Source of the DNA: Thiotrichaceae bacterium UBA973
GTDB taxonomy: Bacteria > Pseudomonadota > Gammaproteobacteria > Eutrophobiales > Eutrophobiaceae
DNA length: 64,000 nt
Assembly: GCA_002292815.1 (NCBI GenBank)
Contig: DBBX01000010.1
Location: 21,838-85,837 of the forward strand
Direction of reading: 5' to 3'
Shown in pieces: positions 1-11,100 of the stretch. A program made the translations under genes and the position numbers. Under the pieces are notes generated by a model, which saw nothing but the letters and a program-made list of their open reading frames with translations, searched no databases and was not told the origin of the DNA. Each line of letters opens with the position of its first letter. Position 1 is the stretch's first letter.

Positions 1-271
1 GTGGTATGCCGACACTCCCATATTCGGGTAACTTCCTAATAATAGAAAATTTTCCACGAAAAAATAAAGAATAAAACATCGCAGTGAATAGTAATATCAA
101 TGTGATTGAAAAAATTTGAAAAGACAGCGTTGAGCGTGTGTCAAAACCAAACACTCCAGCAACTGGCATAATCGAAAGGATAAGTATTCCTGTTGAGGTA
201 AAACGTTGACGTAGCCATTGGCTAGCGCGGTAAACCAGCTTGAAGTTAGCAAATATGAGTTTACGCAACAT
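1..271 (-). CDS. DUF58 family protein, N-terminal part (runs off window start)
   Basis: Not in ORF track. Manual translation from ATG at 271 gives MLRKLIFANFKLVYRASQWLRQRFTSTGILILSIMPVAGVFGFDTRSTLSFQIF...RKLPEYGSVGIP, open to the window edge with two hydrophobic segments. It lies directly downstream of a MoxR ATPase, the usual position of DUF58. Confidence 0.75.
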   Translation of the reverse strand, partial: MLRKLIFANFKLVYRASQWLRQRFTSTGILILSIMPVAGVFGFDTRSTLSFQIFSITLILLFTAMFYSLFFRGKFSIIRKLPEYGSVGIP

Positions 272-292
272 GATTGATGACTATATGAATAT

Positions 293-1225
293 TTAAACCG
301 GCACAGGTGTTTTTGATAAAATGTCTTCAATAATTTGATCACTGCTATTACCTGAGAAGCGGCTTTGTGAATTCATCATCAAACGATGTGAAATAACAGG
401 GATGGCGATTTCCTGAACATGATCCGGGCTGACATAGTCCATGCCGTCAAACAATGCTAGCGCTTGTGCAGCCTTCATTATAGATAATGAAGCGCGTGGA
501 CTGGCTCCATTCAATATACCCTCAGTTTCTCGAGTTGCCCTGATAAGCGTGACCATATAATGTTTTATCTCATCACTGACGTTGATGTTAGTTACCTGCT
601 GTTTAATTTGAATGACATCTTCTTTATTGATGCAGGGTTTAAGCGAGTCGAGCGGGTGTTGATTGTTTTGTTTTTCAAGAATAGAGACTTCTTCATCCTG
701 AGAAACGTAACCAAGACTAAACCTCATTGCAAATCGATCCATTTGCGCCTCTGGTAAAGGATAGGTGCCGTGGTACTCCACCGGGTTTTGTGTTGCGATG
801 ACAAAGAACAAATCATCTAGCTGGTAATTATTGCGTTCAATACTGACCTGGCGTTCACCCATGGCTTCTAGTAATGCCGATTGTGTACGTGGCGAAGCTC
901 GATTGATTTCGTCCGCTAATAAAATATTGCTAAATATAGGACCGGGGTGAAACTCAAAGTCCTGATCACGTTGATTGAATATCGAGACACCTAGTATGTC
1001 TGTCGGTAAGAGATCGGGCGTAAATTGAATACGCTGAAACTCAACGTCAATGGATTTTGCTAAAGCCTTGGCTAAAGTTGTCTTGCCGGTACCCGGTACG
1101 TCTTCAAGCAAAACATGCCCATCACTGAAAAATGCAGCAAGCAGTTTACGAATGGCAGAAGATTGGCCTTGAATAACGGTTTCAATATTAGCGAAAAGCT
1201 TTTTATATATTTGAATGTCTGACAT
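293..1225 (-). CDS. MoxR family AAA+ ATPase
   Basis: Walker A DVPGTGKT, RIQFTPDLLPTD, Walker B LLADEINRA, ATQNP, YPLPEAQMDRF. Confidence 0.95.
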   Translation of the reverse strand: MSDIQIYKKLFANIETVIQGQSSAIRKLLAAFFSDGHVLLEDVPGTGKTTLAKALAKSIDVEFQRIQFTPDLLPTDILGVSIFNQRDQDFEFHPGPIFSNILLADEINRASPRTQSALLEAMGERQVSIERNNYQLDDLFFVIATQNPVEYHGTYPLPEAQMDRFAMRFSLGYVSQDEEVSILEKQNNQHPLDSLKPCINKEDVIQIKQQVTNINVSDEIKHYMVTLIRATRETEGILNGASPRASLSIMKAAQALALFDGMDYVSPDHVQEIAIPVISHRLMMNSQSRFSGNSSDQIIEDILSKTPVPV

Positions 1226-1291
1226 GATACTTCTAAGTGTCTATTAAAAATTGATATATAGAAGAGTACCAAAATAGGAGTTGTGTAACAC

Positions 1292-1903
1292 ATGTTTACA
1301 AAGAAAATTGAGACAAAAGTAGCGATTCATGAACTTATCGCCATGCGCTGGAGTGGCCGTGCCTATGATTCTGCGAAAATGCTGACGCGTGAAGCGATAA
1401 TGTCATTAGTTGAAGCGGCACGTTGGGCACCATCTTGTTTTGGCGATCAGCCCTGGCGCTTTCTTGTCTTTGACAAGGCAACGAATAAAACCGGATGGGA
1501 TAAAGCGCTTAGCTGTCTGGTAGAAGGCAATCGCGACTGGGCTAAAGAGGCACCCTTACTTCTGCTCGCGTGTGCCGATTCCGTCTTATCGCAGAATGGC
1601 AAACACAACCGTTGGGGCCAATACGACACCGGTGCGGCCGCAGAGAATTTAAGCCTACAGGCAGCTGCGTTAGGCCTCATGGTTCACCAAATGGGCGGGT
1701 TTGATGCAGACAAAACAAGAACAGAATTTGCTATACCCGAACAATTCACCCCCATGGCAATGATGGCAGTGGGTTATCAATTACCGCTAGAGGCAATACC
1801 GGATGACATCAAAGAACGTGAAAATAATGCACGTGCTCGTAATACGCTTGATGAGAATTTCTTTGAAGGTCATTGGGGAGAACCAATAATTGAAGAGCTA
1901 TAA
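1292..1903 (+). CDS. Nitroreductase family protein
   Basis: RWSGRAY, AARWAPSCFGDQPWRF, YDTGAA..NL.LQA...GL..HQMGGFD motifs. Confidence 0.92.
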   Translation: MFTKKIETKVAIHELIAMRWSGRAYDSAKMLTREAIMSLVEAARWAPSCFGDQPWRFLVFDKATNKTGWDKALSCLVEGNRDWAKEAPLLLLACADSVLSQNGKHNRWGQYDTGAAAENLSLQAAALGLMVHQMGGFDADKTRTEFAIPEQFTPMAMMAVGYQLPLEAIPDDIKERENNARARNTLDENFFEGHWGEPIIEEL

Positions 1904-1952
1904 GCAATATTAAGTCATTCTGTTGTTTACCTAGAATAAAGTATCACGCCTT

Positions 1953-3269
1953 ATGATTAAAAATAATCAGCACCGCGCCTTTTGGTTGCTTGCTGGGCCG
2001 ATGATAATTGGCAATGTCAGCATGGCCTTACTAGGTCTGGTCGATACGGCTGTTATTGGACATCTAGACAGTGCTGTTTATCTAGGCGGCGTTGCAGTCG
2101 GGTCGGTCATCTTTGATTTTCTCTATTGGGGTATGGGTTTCTTACGCATGGGTACGACAGGTATCGTCGCTCAAGCACATGGTAAACAAGACGCCACAGA
2201 AATCAGAACGCTGTTAATACAATCCATTCTTGTTGGTCTATCAATAGCAACTTTCTTTCTACTCTTTCAAAATCCCATCATCAATTTTGGCTTAACGCTG
2301 CTCAAAGGGAGCCCCGATGTAAAACACTATGCCGAAGTGTATTGCCGTTTGATGATCTGGGGTGCACCGGCCTTGATGATTCTGTTTTCTGTCAACGGTT
2401 GGTTGTTAGGTATGCAGAATGCGATGGCTAGTTTGAGACTAGGCATAACGGTTAATGTGATAAATATTATTCTCGATATCGTCTTCGTGGTGTATATGGA
2501 CATGGATGTGCGCGGTGTTGCTCTAGCAACGGTTATTGCACAGTACTGTGGTGTCGTTTATGCATTTTTTATTGTCAGGAAGCAATTGAAAGGACAAACC
2601 GGCAAGTGGGAAATAGCAGAAATTTTGCATCTGGAAAAAATGAAAAGTTTTATGTGCTTAAACAATGATATTTTTATCCGGACAATTTGTTTAATTCTCG
2701 TCTTTTCCTTCTTTACACGAGAAGGTGCCAAATTTGGTGATCTGACCCTTGCCGCAAATTCTATTTTGATGAAATTCTATTTGTTAATGGCATTAGCGTT
2801 GGATGGTTTTAATCATGCTGCTGAAGCATTAGTAGGAAAAGCTATTGGAGCTAAAAGCAAAGACCTTTTTCATAAAGCGGTATCACTGGCTTTGAAATGG
2901 TCGTTAGCATTCGGCTTTGCATTTACGATATTTTATTGGCTAGCTGGCGAACCGATGATCAATTTATTAACGGATATTAATCCGGTTCGAGAGATTGCGC
3001 TTGTTTATTTGCCTTGGATGATGCTGTTACCGCTTGTTTCTGTTTGGTGTTTCTTGCTAGATGGTATCTTTATCGGTGCTACACGGGGAGCAGAGATGAG
3101 AAATGCAATGTTGATCTGCACCTTCGTTTTCTTTTTGCCTATCTGGTATGTGTTTCAATTTATGGAAAACCATGGCTTATGGTTGGCATTTACTGTTTTT
3201 ATAGCCGTGCGAGGCCTGGTGTTAGGTGTTTATTACTATCGTGTTGAGCGTAGGGAAGGGTTTGTGTAA
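1953..3269 (+). CDS. dinF: MATE family efflux transporter (DinF-like)
   Basis: LLGLVDTAVIGHL, FLRMGTTG, DIFIRT, LDGF..AAEALVG, LDGIFIGAT motifs; about 12 TM segments. Confidence 0.88.
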   Translation: MIKNNQHRAFWLLAGPMIIGNVSMALLGLVDTAVIGHLDSAVYLGGVAVGSVIFDFLYWGMGFLRMGTTGIVAQAHGKQDATEIRTLLIQSILVGLSIATFFLLFQNPIINFGLTLLKGSPDVKHYAEVYCRLMIWGAPALMILFSVNGWLLGMQNAMASLRLGITVNVINIILDIVFVVYMDMDVRGVALATVIAQYCGVVYAFFIVRKQLKGQTGKWEIAEILHLEKMKSFMCLNNDIFIRTICLILVFSFFTREGAKFGDLTLAANSILMKFYLLMALALDGFNHAAEALVGKAIGAKSKDLFHKAVSLALKWSLAFGFAFTIFYWLAGEPMINLLTDINPVREIALVYLPWMMLLPLVSVWCFLLDGIFIGATRGAEMRNAMLICTFVFFLPIWYVFQFMENHGLWLAFTVFIAVRGLVLGVYYYRVERREGFV

Positions 3270-3332
3270 AACGTCCAACTTGATATCTGATGTTCACAAG
3301 CAAAAGAGCTGTGTCAGGACAAAGCTATGACT

Positions 3333-3956
3333 TCAGATAATTTTGATGTCTTCCAATAAAATAACTTCACAAGAATGACCGCCAATATCTTCGCGAGTCA
3401 TTGAACTGGTCCATTTCCAACCATTTTCACCATCGATGTGAACTAGATACCCCATCAATTTCACAGTATCGCCAGACTGTATAGATTTCAGTTTAGCTTC
3501 AACCTCACTATTACTTGGGATGAAATGCATGTTCGCGCTGTTTGTTTCAATATCTCGTCTTGGTATAGGAAGTTCATCTGTGCGCCAGTGATACCAGCGG
3601 TTAGATTGTGTGATCGTCAAACTGTCTAGAGTATCTGGATTTGCCATCGGCCCCCAGCCTAGTGCTAAATCTACAGGTGAAAGTGCGGACTCGCGATCAG
3701 ATCGATATCGTTCAGCACCAAGAACTCGTCCAATAAGTTGGAAGTTGGCCAGCGGCGTTATTTTGAATTCATCAAACTGAAATGATTGTTTAGATTTATT
3801 AATATTTTTTTGTATCGGTGACTTTTTAATAGATAAAGAAGAAGCATATTGAATGGGAAAGGACTCTGAAATGTTTGAATCAATCGATACCGGACTACTG
3901 CTTTGCCAATTGTAGATAAAACCTATGGCAATAATGATTAGAATAATTTTCCACAT
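3333..3956 (-). CDS. Conserved hypothetical membrane-anchored or exported protein
   Basis: N-terminal hydrophobic anchor; SPVDLALGWG, SANMH, W.SS..R.D.G...CE motifs; 207 aa. Confidence 0.7.
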   Translation of the reverse strand: MWKIILIIIAIGFIYNWQSSSPVSIDSNISESFPIQYASSLSIKKSPIQKNINKSKQSFQFDEFKITPLANFQLIGRVLGAERYRSDRESALSPVDLALGWGPMANPDTLDSLTITQSNRWYHWRTDELPIPRRDIETNSANMHFIPSNSEVEAKLKSIQSGDTVKLMGYLVHIDGENGWKWTSSMTREDIGGHSCEVILLEDIKII

Positions 3957-3993
3957 AATAAGTGATCCTAATAATTAATTTTTAATAAAGGTG

Positions 3994-4908
3994 TCATGTA
4001 TTAACAGTGTTTGCAACGCCTGAACGTGGGTTAACTTCAGGTCCAACTGGGGTGAAATTTCCTTCTGTTGGTTGGTTCCATGCTAAGAAATACCCATCCT
4101 TAAAGGCTTGCACATCTAATGTTTCACCGAAGGCAGGAATCTCACCGAGACGTGCCATATAGTCCCTAATGTTTGTATAGTCCCGAATAAAGTGTTTATT
4201 CAAACGATATAGTGAATGATAAGTGGCATCAAAACGCGATAAATGCGGGTAGGCATGTACATCTGCGAGAGTGAGATTATCGCCAGCAATATAAGAGCCT
4301 GTTTCCCCGAGTCTTTTATCGAGCTCAGTCAAGCACGTAAATACCTTTTCAAAATAGGATTGGTAAGTTTGTTGATCCTTAGCGAAGCCTGCACGATAGA
4401 TAGGGGTGATTAATTCATCAGCCAGTTCAGTAATTAATACATCAATCAGCGTCTGTGTGTCCTTTGGATAAAGTGTTGTATGAGCGAAGTGATGGGTTGC
4501 GACCTGATCGAATTGGATAATTATTTCTGATGATTCATTATTAACAATAGTATTGGTCTTTGTATCAAACAAGACCGGCACTGAAGCGCGACCGATATAA
4601 CCTGGTGCTGCCAGTTTATAAATTTCGGGCAGCCTGTTTATGTCAGCAATAGGACTGGCTGCGCTATCCGCACTTTGATAACGACCGCCAAGATCCCAGC
4701 CGTGTTCTGTTTGGACTGCGCCGGCGATGGTGAGACCGATATGATTGGTCAGCCCGGTTAAGCTACGCATGATTTCAGTACGATGAGCAAATGGGCATAC
4801 CTTCGAGGTGTATAACCAATAGCGATCTTTTTCAAACGGATAGTCTTGGCTGCCTAATTCGTTATGAAATGTGGTTGTTTCTACATGGCAAATTTCATTG
4901 GCGCTCAT
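3994..4908 (-). CDS. Glutathione S-transferase, omega/xi class (glutathionyl-hydroquinone reductase YqjG/ECM4-like)
   Basis: RY.LY....CPFAHR, GRASVPVLFD....IVNNESSEI, LTLAD...Y..L.RFD.Y. Confidence 0.88.
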   Translation of the reverse strand: MSANEICHVETTTFHNELGSQDYPFEKDRYWLYTSKVCPFAHRTEIMRSLTGLTNHIGLTIAGAVQTEHGWDLGGRYQSADSAASPIADINRLPEIYKLAAPGYIGRASVPVLFDTKTNTIVNNESSEIIIQFDQVATHHFAHTTLYPKDTQTLIDVLITELADELITPIYRAGFAKDQQTYQSYFEKVFTCLTELDKRLGETGSYIAGDNLTLADVHAYPHLSRFDATYHSLYRLNKHFIRDYTNIRDYMARLGEIPAFGETLDVQAFKDGYFLAWNQPTEGNFTPVGPEVNPRSGVANTVNT

Positions 4909-4973
4909 TGTTCATCTCCACAGAGTTTGATAACCATACTTGTATCTCACTTTTTTATTAGACTTTGGGATGT

Positions 4974-5384
4974 CTATTCTTCTTTAGGTATCCGAGTAAA
5001 CCGAATTATCTCTCTTCGATTCCGTTTCGTCGGCCTACCAATTGTTCTGGGAAAGGAGGCCGCATCCGCTTTCATTTGTTTTGAGAGATCTTCACGTGTC
5101 TTGATGCTGTCTTCGTCTTCTACAAATAATGAAGCGGCTTGAGTAGCAGAAACGCGGTTGTTGATCAGCTTCTGAACCGTGATGGTGTATTTATAGGGTG
5201 TTTTACCTATTACTACTCTATCACCGACCCTGATGGTCTTTGCTGCTTTGATGGCTTGGTCATTCGCATTAACCTTATGGCCTTTAATCGCCGCAGCCGC
5301 AAGGGCGCGTGTCTTATAAAAGCGGGCACACCAGAGCCATTTGTCTAAGCGCATTGATTCGAGTGGTTCGTTTTGCCTAGCCAC
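4974..5384 (-). CDS. hslR: Ribosome-associated heat shock protein Hsp15 (S4 domain)
   Basis: MRLDKWLWCARFYKTR and C-terminal GRPTKRNRR. Confidence 0.93.
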   Translation of the reverse strand: MARQNEPLESMRLDKWLWCARFYKTRALAAAAIKGHKVNANDQAIKAAKTIRVGDRVVIGKTPYKYTITVQKLINNRVSATQAASLFVEDEDSIKTREDLSKQMKADAASFPRTIGRPTKRNRREIIRFTRIPKEE

Positions 5385-5434
5385 AGTATTTTACCTGCAT
5401 TATGATTACAAATTAAAAATTGATAGTGAATATT

Positions 5435-5965
5435 ATGACTGAAAAGAAATCTGAAAGAGAGTTTATTCCGCTAAATATCGCTGTGCTGACTATTTCTGAT
5501 TCCAGAACAGAAGAGACGGATAAATCGGGCAAGATAATAGTGGGGTTGTTGGCAGAGCAGGGTCACAAGCTGTATGAAAAAAATATTGTGCCGGATGATA
5601 AGTATGCGATACGTGCTGAGGTTTCTAGGTGGATAGCAAATGAAGATGTTCAGGTGGTGTTAACCACGGGTGGCACAGGTGTGACCGGTCGCGATGGTAC
5701 ACCGGAAGCGGTCAACGTGCTCTTTGATAAAACAATCGATGGTTTCGGTGAAACCTTTCGTGCAATTTCTTTTCAACAAATCAAGACTTCAACTATGCAA
5801 TCACGTGCAATTGCCGGCGTTGCTAACGGCACTTATATCTTTTGTATGCCCGGTTCTATGGGTGCTTGTAAAACTGCTTGGGAAGAGTTGATACAGCATC
5901 AATTGGACTATCGCACAAGGCCTTGTAATCTGGTTGAACTCATGCCGAGGCTGAGAGAAGTTTAG
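5435..5965 (+). CDS. moaB: Molybdenum cofactor biosynthesis protein B
   Basis: IAVLTISDSR, TTGGTGVTGRDGTPEA, QSRA, PGS..AC, QLD.RT.PCN; ATG at 5435 preferred over TTG at 5420. Confidence 0.95.
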   Translation: MTEKKSEREFIPLNIAVLTISDSRTEETDKSGKIIVGLLAEQGHKLYEKNIVPDDKYAIRAEVSRWIANEDVQVVLTTGGTGVTGRDGTPEAVNVLFDKTIDGFGETFRAISFQQIKTSTMQSRAIAGVANGTYIFCMPGSMGACKTAWEELIQHQLDYRTRPCNLVELMPRLREV

Positions 5966-5971
5966 TAAACA

Positions 5972-6976
5972 TTATTCTTTAACGCTAAGCTTAGGAATTT
6001 CAAAGTAGACCAAAAGAGATTTCTGAAAAAAATTGTCGTTATCGTCACTAATGATAAAAAAATGATTTTTTTTATGCCAGGTAATTCCCTCAAAGTTATC
6101 ATTTAAGTAACTAGCTGATGGATCTAATGACGCTATTTTCTCGGCCCTGATTGAACCTTGGTTGAGTGTAACGAGGTGTATTGCATTACTTACACCAGCA
6201 AAGACGCTAGAAAAAATACGTTCCAAGGCAATTAATCTATTATCAGGCAAGGTCGTTAAGCCGACTAGCGAACCATAAGCTTCGTTATCAGGGGTAAACT
6301 GCCATGACTCGTTGTTTAATGTATGTAGTGATAATTGATTACTGTTCGATACCTGCAGGGGGCGTTCTGGGCCAGTAATAATGTTAAAAGTATTGTGGAT
6401 TGTGATTGCTTCTAATGCTTTATTGGCGCCAGCATAATTATCGATATCGCTTAATGGGTTATTAAGCGAATGCTTCGCGATGAATTTGCCTGTGCTTGAA
6501 AATTGGACAATGCGTGGTTTACGTTCAAAGCTGATAATTAATTCGGTGTCACCTTGAATACCATTATCAGCATTGATAAGCGCTAGGCCTTCACTGTCAG
6601 CTGATTTATGACGTAGCTTGTTGCCCTTGTTATCTTGCAAGTGGTGATAGGCAATAAAGACTAGATTAATGAATCGATCATACTCAAATTCTGGTTTTGT
6701 ATGAACAATAAAGCCGCGATCGGAAAGTAATATTAACTGTTGTTCATCATTGTCCCAGGCGAGCGCAGAGAATTCCATCAGTGGGAAATCGGGTCCTGCA
6801 TTCTGTTTTAGTTGAACCAGTCCCAAAACTTTAAAATTATTGAGTTCAAGCTGTTGTAACTGCGCTTGCGGCAACTCAATATAGTCTGCAATATCGCGTT
6901 CAGCAAAAACAGGGCTGAGATAGAGAAGGCTGGTATATAATCCAATTACCCTGAGCCAATTGTTAAATATAGTCAT
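5972..6976 (-). CDS. Esterase-like activity of phytase family exported protein (beta-propeller)
   Basis: Signal peptide; EFSALAWD, LSDRG, DSEGL, ISFE, N..LEA, DNFEGI, ISDDN motifs. Confidence 0.8.
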   Translation of the reverse strand: MTIFNNWLRVIGLYTSLLYLSPVFAERDIADYIELPQAQLQQLELNNFKVLGLVQLKQNAGPDFPLMEFSALAWDNDEQQLILLSDRGFIVHTKPEFEYDRFINLVFIAYHHLQDNKGNKLRHKSADSEGLALINADNGIQGDTELIISFERKPRIVQFSSTGKFIAKHSLNNPLSDIDNYAGANKALEAITIHNTFNIITGPERPLQVSNSNQLSLHTLNNESWQFTPDNEAYGSLVGLTTLPDNRLIALERIFSSVFAGVSNAIHLVTLNQGSIRAEKIASLDPSASYLNDNFEGITWHKKNHFFIISDDNDNFFQKSLLVYFEIPKLSVKE

Positions 6977-7051
6977 ATAATGTCATGAATTTTTTAAGGA
7001 TTTATAGTCAAACAAATGGAACATGCCGTTCTTTTGTAACATAAGAATAAT

Positions 7052-8107
7052 ATGATAAACAAAATAATTTACCCTCTCTTATTTAAATTAATCGTTTTCC
7101 CCTCTTTGGTACTCGCCGGTGGCGGCAATCCGGCAGCAATTGTGCAGGTGGAGGAGGCCGTCAATATTGAAATTGCCCCATTTATTTGGGTGACAGGCAC
7201 TGTTATTGGTCGTTTCGACTCAAAGATTGCAGCCGAGGTTGAAGGCACTCTGGAAACAGTTCTCGAAGTTGGAGATCATATAAATAAAAATGATGTTATC
7301 GCAAAAGTCGATGATACGACATATCACCTTGCCTTAAATGAAATTCAAACTGAAGTTAAGCCGATTGAAACTATGGTTGAGTTTTTTCAGCGTGAAGCAG
7401 AACGACTGGAAAAATTGGCCAAACAAAACAATGCGGCAAAAAACCAGCTTGACCAAACTCAAACTAGTCGAGATGAGGCGGTAGCTAAGATACGAGTAGT
7501 TAAAGCTCGATTGGCTATGGCGCAAGATGATCTTAAAAGAACAACCGTTCGTGCTCCATTTACAGGCGTGGTGACCGAGCGATTCAAGTCACCAGGCGAA
7601 AGAGTCAATGCCGGTGATCAGATTGTCCGTCTAATCGATACTGAGCGAGTTGAGGTTCAAGCTCGAATTCAGCAAGTGTCTTTCCCTCATGTGAAAAGTG
7701 GCGATCAGTTAAAGATTAAAGGACCATCAGGAGAATTTAACGGTGTTGTGCGAACGGTGATCCCGGTTGGTGATGATGTATCAAGGCTTTATGAAATTAG
7801 AGTTGAATTCGACAATAGAAATTGGCCAGCAGGTACGGCCGTTCAAATAGCAGCACCAATTAAAGAAAAACAAAATGTCATTGCCGTTTCACGTGATGCC
7901 TTGGTTATTCGTCAATCGAGTATCATTGTATATAGAATAAATAGTGAAAATAAAGCCGAGCCGATTACAGTAACACCAGGCATATCAAACGTATCGCATA
8001 TTCAGGTGATCGGCAATATAAATGAAAATGATAAGATCGTTGTTCGTGGTAATGAACGGTTACGTCCGGGTCAAGCAGTACAGGTAGTTACTGGGTCAGA
8101 TAGATAG
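7052..8107 (+). CDS. RND efflux periplasmic adaptor subunit (MFP)
   Basis: Biotinyl/lipoyl-like halves around a coiled coil (IAAEVEG..., RAPFTGVV), GNERLRPGQ; abuts an AcrB-like gene. Confidence 0.92.
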   Translation: MINKIIYPLLFKLIVFPSLVLAGGGNPAAIVQVEEAVNIEIAPFIWVTGTVIGRFDSKIAAEVEGTLETVLEVGDHINKNDVIAKVDDTTYHLALNEIQTEVKPIETMVEFFQREAERLEKLAKQNNAAKNQLDQTQTSRDEAVAKIRVVKARLAMAQDDLKRTTVRAPFTGVVTERFKSPGERVNAGDQIVRLIDTERVEVQARIQQVSFPHVKSGDQLKIKGPSGEFNGVVRTVIPVGDDVSRLYEIRVEFDNRNWPAGTAVQIAAPIKEKQNVIAVSRDALVIRQSSIIVYRINSENKAEPITVTPGISNVSHIQVIGNINENDKIVVRGNERLRPGQAVQVVTGSDR

Positions 8108-11100
8108 TGAATATCACCCGTGCATCTCTGGCTAATCCTGTAGCCTTACTGGTTGCCATAATTCTATTATTAATTTTTGGTTTAATAAGCCTGTCACGTC
8201 TACCTGTACAGTTAACGCCAGAACTTGAAGAACCAGAAATAACTATTAAAACACCATGGCGTACTGCGGCGCCAAATGAAGTTGAAGCAGAAATTCTCGA
8301 GCCACAAGAAGACGTGTTAAGAGGACTGCCCGGATTGACAGAGATTCGCGCAACAGCATACGAAGGTCGAGGCGAAATCAACCTGACTTTTACTGTAGGC
8401 ATGGATATGCGCAGAGCATTAGTCGAAGTCATGAATCGATTGAATCAAGTTTCAGATTATCCTGATGATGCTGATGAGCCATTAATTAGTTCGGTAGGTG
8501 AAGATGCCAGGGCAATTGCCTGGTTCATGATTAAAACAACTGGCGACAATCAACAAGCAATAGAAACCTATAAAGATTTTGTAGAGGAAGTCGTACAGTC
8601 TCGTTTTGAACGTATCCCTGGAGTTGCTCGTTCCGAAGTCATTGGAGGTAGCGATAGAGAATTACGTATTACATTTGACCCCTACAAGGTTGCCAATCTA
8701 GGTATTCAATTAGATAAAGTCATGCAACTTGCGGGAACCAGTAAAGATGTATCTGGTGGTCTTTCTGATGTAGGTAAACGTGAGTACAGTATCCGTTTTG
8801 CAGGGAAGTATGCTGCATCTGATCTTGGGGAAATGATTTTAGAGTGGCGAGATGGACGACCGATCTATTTGCGTGATGTAGCAACTATTGAGAATCGTTT
8901 TACTGATAAGAATAGTTTTGTCTTGACCAAAGGTTCGTTGTCTATTGCAATTAATGCACAACGTGAATCGGGTGTTAATGTACTTGAAGTAATGGATGGT
9001 CTACATGAGGCGGTAAAAGAATTAAATGAAGGGCCGTTAAAACGTAATAAATTATCAATTGAACAAGTCTATGATGAAACAGAATACATTCACCGCTCGA
9101 TCGAAATGCTCAAGAATAATCTGGGCTTGGGAGTTGGGCTTGCCGTTATAATTTTATTTCTCTTCCTACTGAAGTTTCCAGCGACACTTATTGTTGCTGT
9201 ATCGATCCCAATCTGTATGGTAGCAAGTTTTAGTGTAATGGAACTAACCGGGCGGACGATTAATATCATCTCATTAGCTGGACTTGCCTTTGCGGTTGGT
9301 ATGGTTCTCGATGCATCAATTGTTATTCTTGAAAATATTGTTAGATTACGCGAGAAAGGCTTGCCTGCGGAAGAAGCCTCAATAGAAGGTACTCGTCAGG
9401 TTTGGGGGGCATTATTAGCGTCTACTGCTACGACAATCGCGATATTTTTACCCGTTGTCTTTTTACGTGATGAAGTAGGCCAATTGTTTTCTGACCTTGC
9501 TATAACTATTACAGCTGCGATCACCTTTTCATTATTAACAGCAGTTACTGTTGTGCCAACCGCGGCCAAATTGTTTCTTGCGCGGAAAAATTTCACTGAT
9601 CCTTATCAACGACTTTGGAAGTTATTGTGTAAGTTGATTATGACGCTTACTGATACTTGGTTGCGACGAGCATTTTGGATCATTGTATTAATTTCTGTAC
9701 CAGCGGCGGTCATATATTTATTAAATCCAGAGAAGGACTACTTGCCAGATGGCAATCGAAATTTGACCTATGCTTTTATATTGCCACCACCAGGGACAAA
9801 TATTTCAACACTTGAAAAAGAGCTAGGTGAAATCGTTGCAGCTAGAATGAAGCCGCATACGGACGAGGTAAAAGAACCTTATGTTAAACATTATTTCTTT
9901 GTCGCATTTTCTCGCGGAGTTTTTATGGGGGCGCGTGCAAAATATGACAAAGATGTTGAAAAACTCGTGCCATTAATAAACTCAGTTGTTCAGGGTTTTC
10001 CCGATTCAATTGCATTCGCCAAGCAGGCGTCGTTGTTTGGTAATTTTGGATCAGGAAGAACAATTGATATGAATATACAATCAAAAAATTTACCTTCGCT
10101 GATGACGTCAGCTTTGCAGGCCTTTATTTCCATAACTTCAATATATCCGAATACTAGACCACGGCCTGGACTAGATTTAGCCCAGCCTGAATTAAGATTA
10201 ATCCCCAATGAGCGACGTATTGCTGAGGCAGGGTGGGATCGATCTGTGGTCGCTGCTTTATCCCAAACATTAGGAGATGGACGGTTTGTTGGAGATTATT
10301 TTGATGGGGAAGAAACCATTGATATTATCTTACGATCTAAGAAATGGAACACGCCGGAAGAATTAGAAAGTTTTCCGGTTATGACAGCCAATGCCGGTGT
10401 CTTGCCTTTAAATGAACTAGTTGATGTTGTTAGAACTGCTGGGCCAGAGCAAATTAGACGTATTAATCGACGCAGAACAGTAACATTGGAGATTGCTCCG
10501 CCTGCTGATGTGAGTTTGGAAGAAGCGCTAGAGAGAATCAAAACTGAAATAGAGCCGAAAATTCTCGCTAGCCTACCGGAAGACGGTGATATTCAATATG
10601 GTGGTGTTGCGGATAAACTAACATCAGCATTGGAAAACATGATTGGCAGCTTTCTATTAGCTATTACAATTCTATATTTATTAATGAGCGCTTTGTTTAG
10701 TTCATTTAGAGATAGTTTGTTAGTTATGCTGTCTATTCCATTAGCGACATTTGGTGGTGTGTTGGCACTTTATATAATTAATCTAGTGAGCTTCCAAAGC
10801 ATGGATCTACTGACCATGATCGGGTTTATTATTTTACTTGGGTTGGTGGTAAATAATGCTATTTTATTAGTACATCAGGCACGTTCTGCTGAACGCGCAG
10901 GGCATTCCAGAAAAGAAGCTGTAGAAGAAGCTGTTTTGTTGAGGTTACGGCCTATTATGATGAGTACGATGACTAGTATATTTGGCATGCTGCCACTGTT
11001 ATTGATACCGGGTGCCGGGACAGAATTATATCGAGGATTAGCTGGAGTCATTGTTGGCGGGATGATGGTAAGTACATTTTTTACACTAATATTATTGCCA

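Noticed and set aside
97-342. 81-aa minus-strand ORF from the track
   Set aside because: Wrong frame. The real gene is the DUF58-like frame starting at 271 and running off the window.
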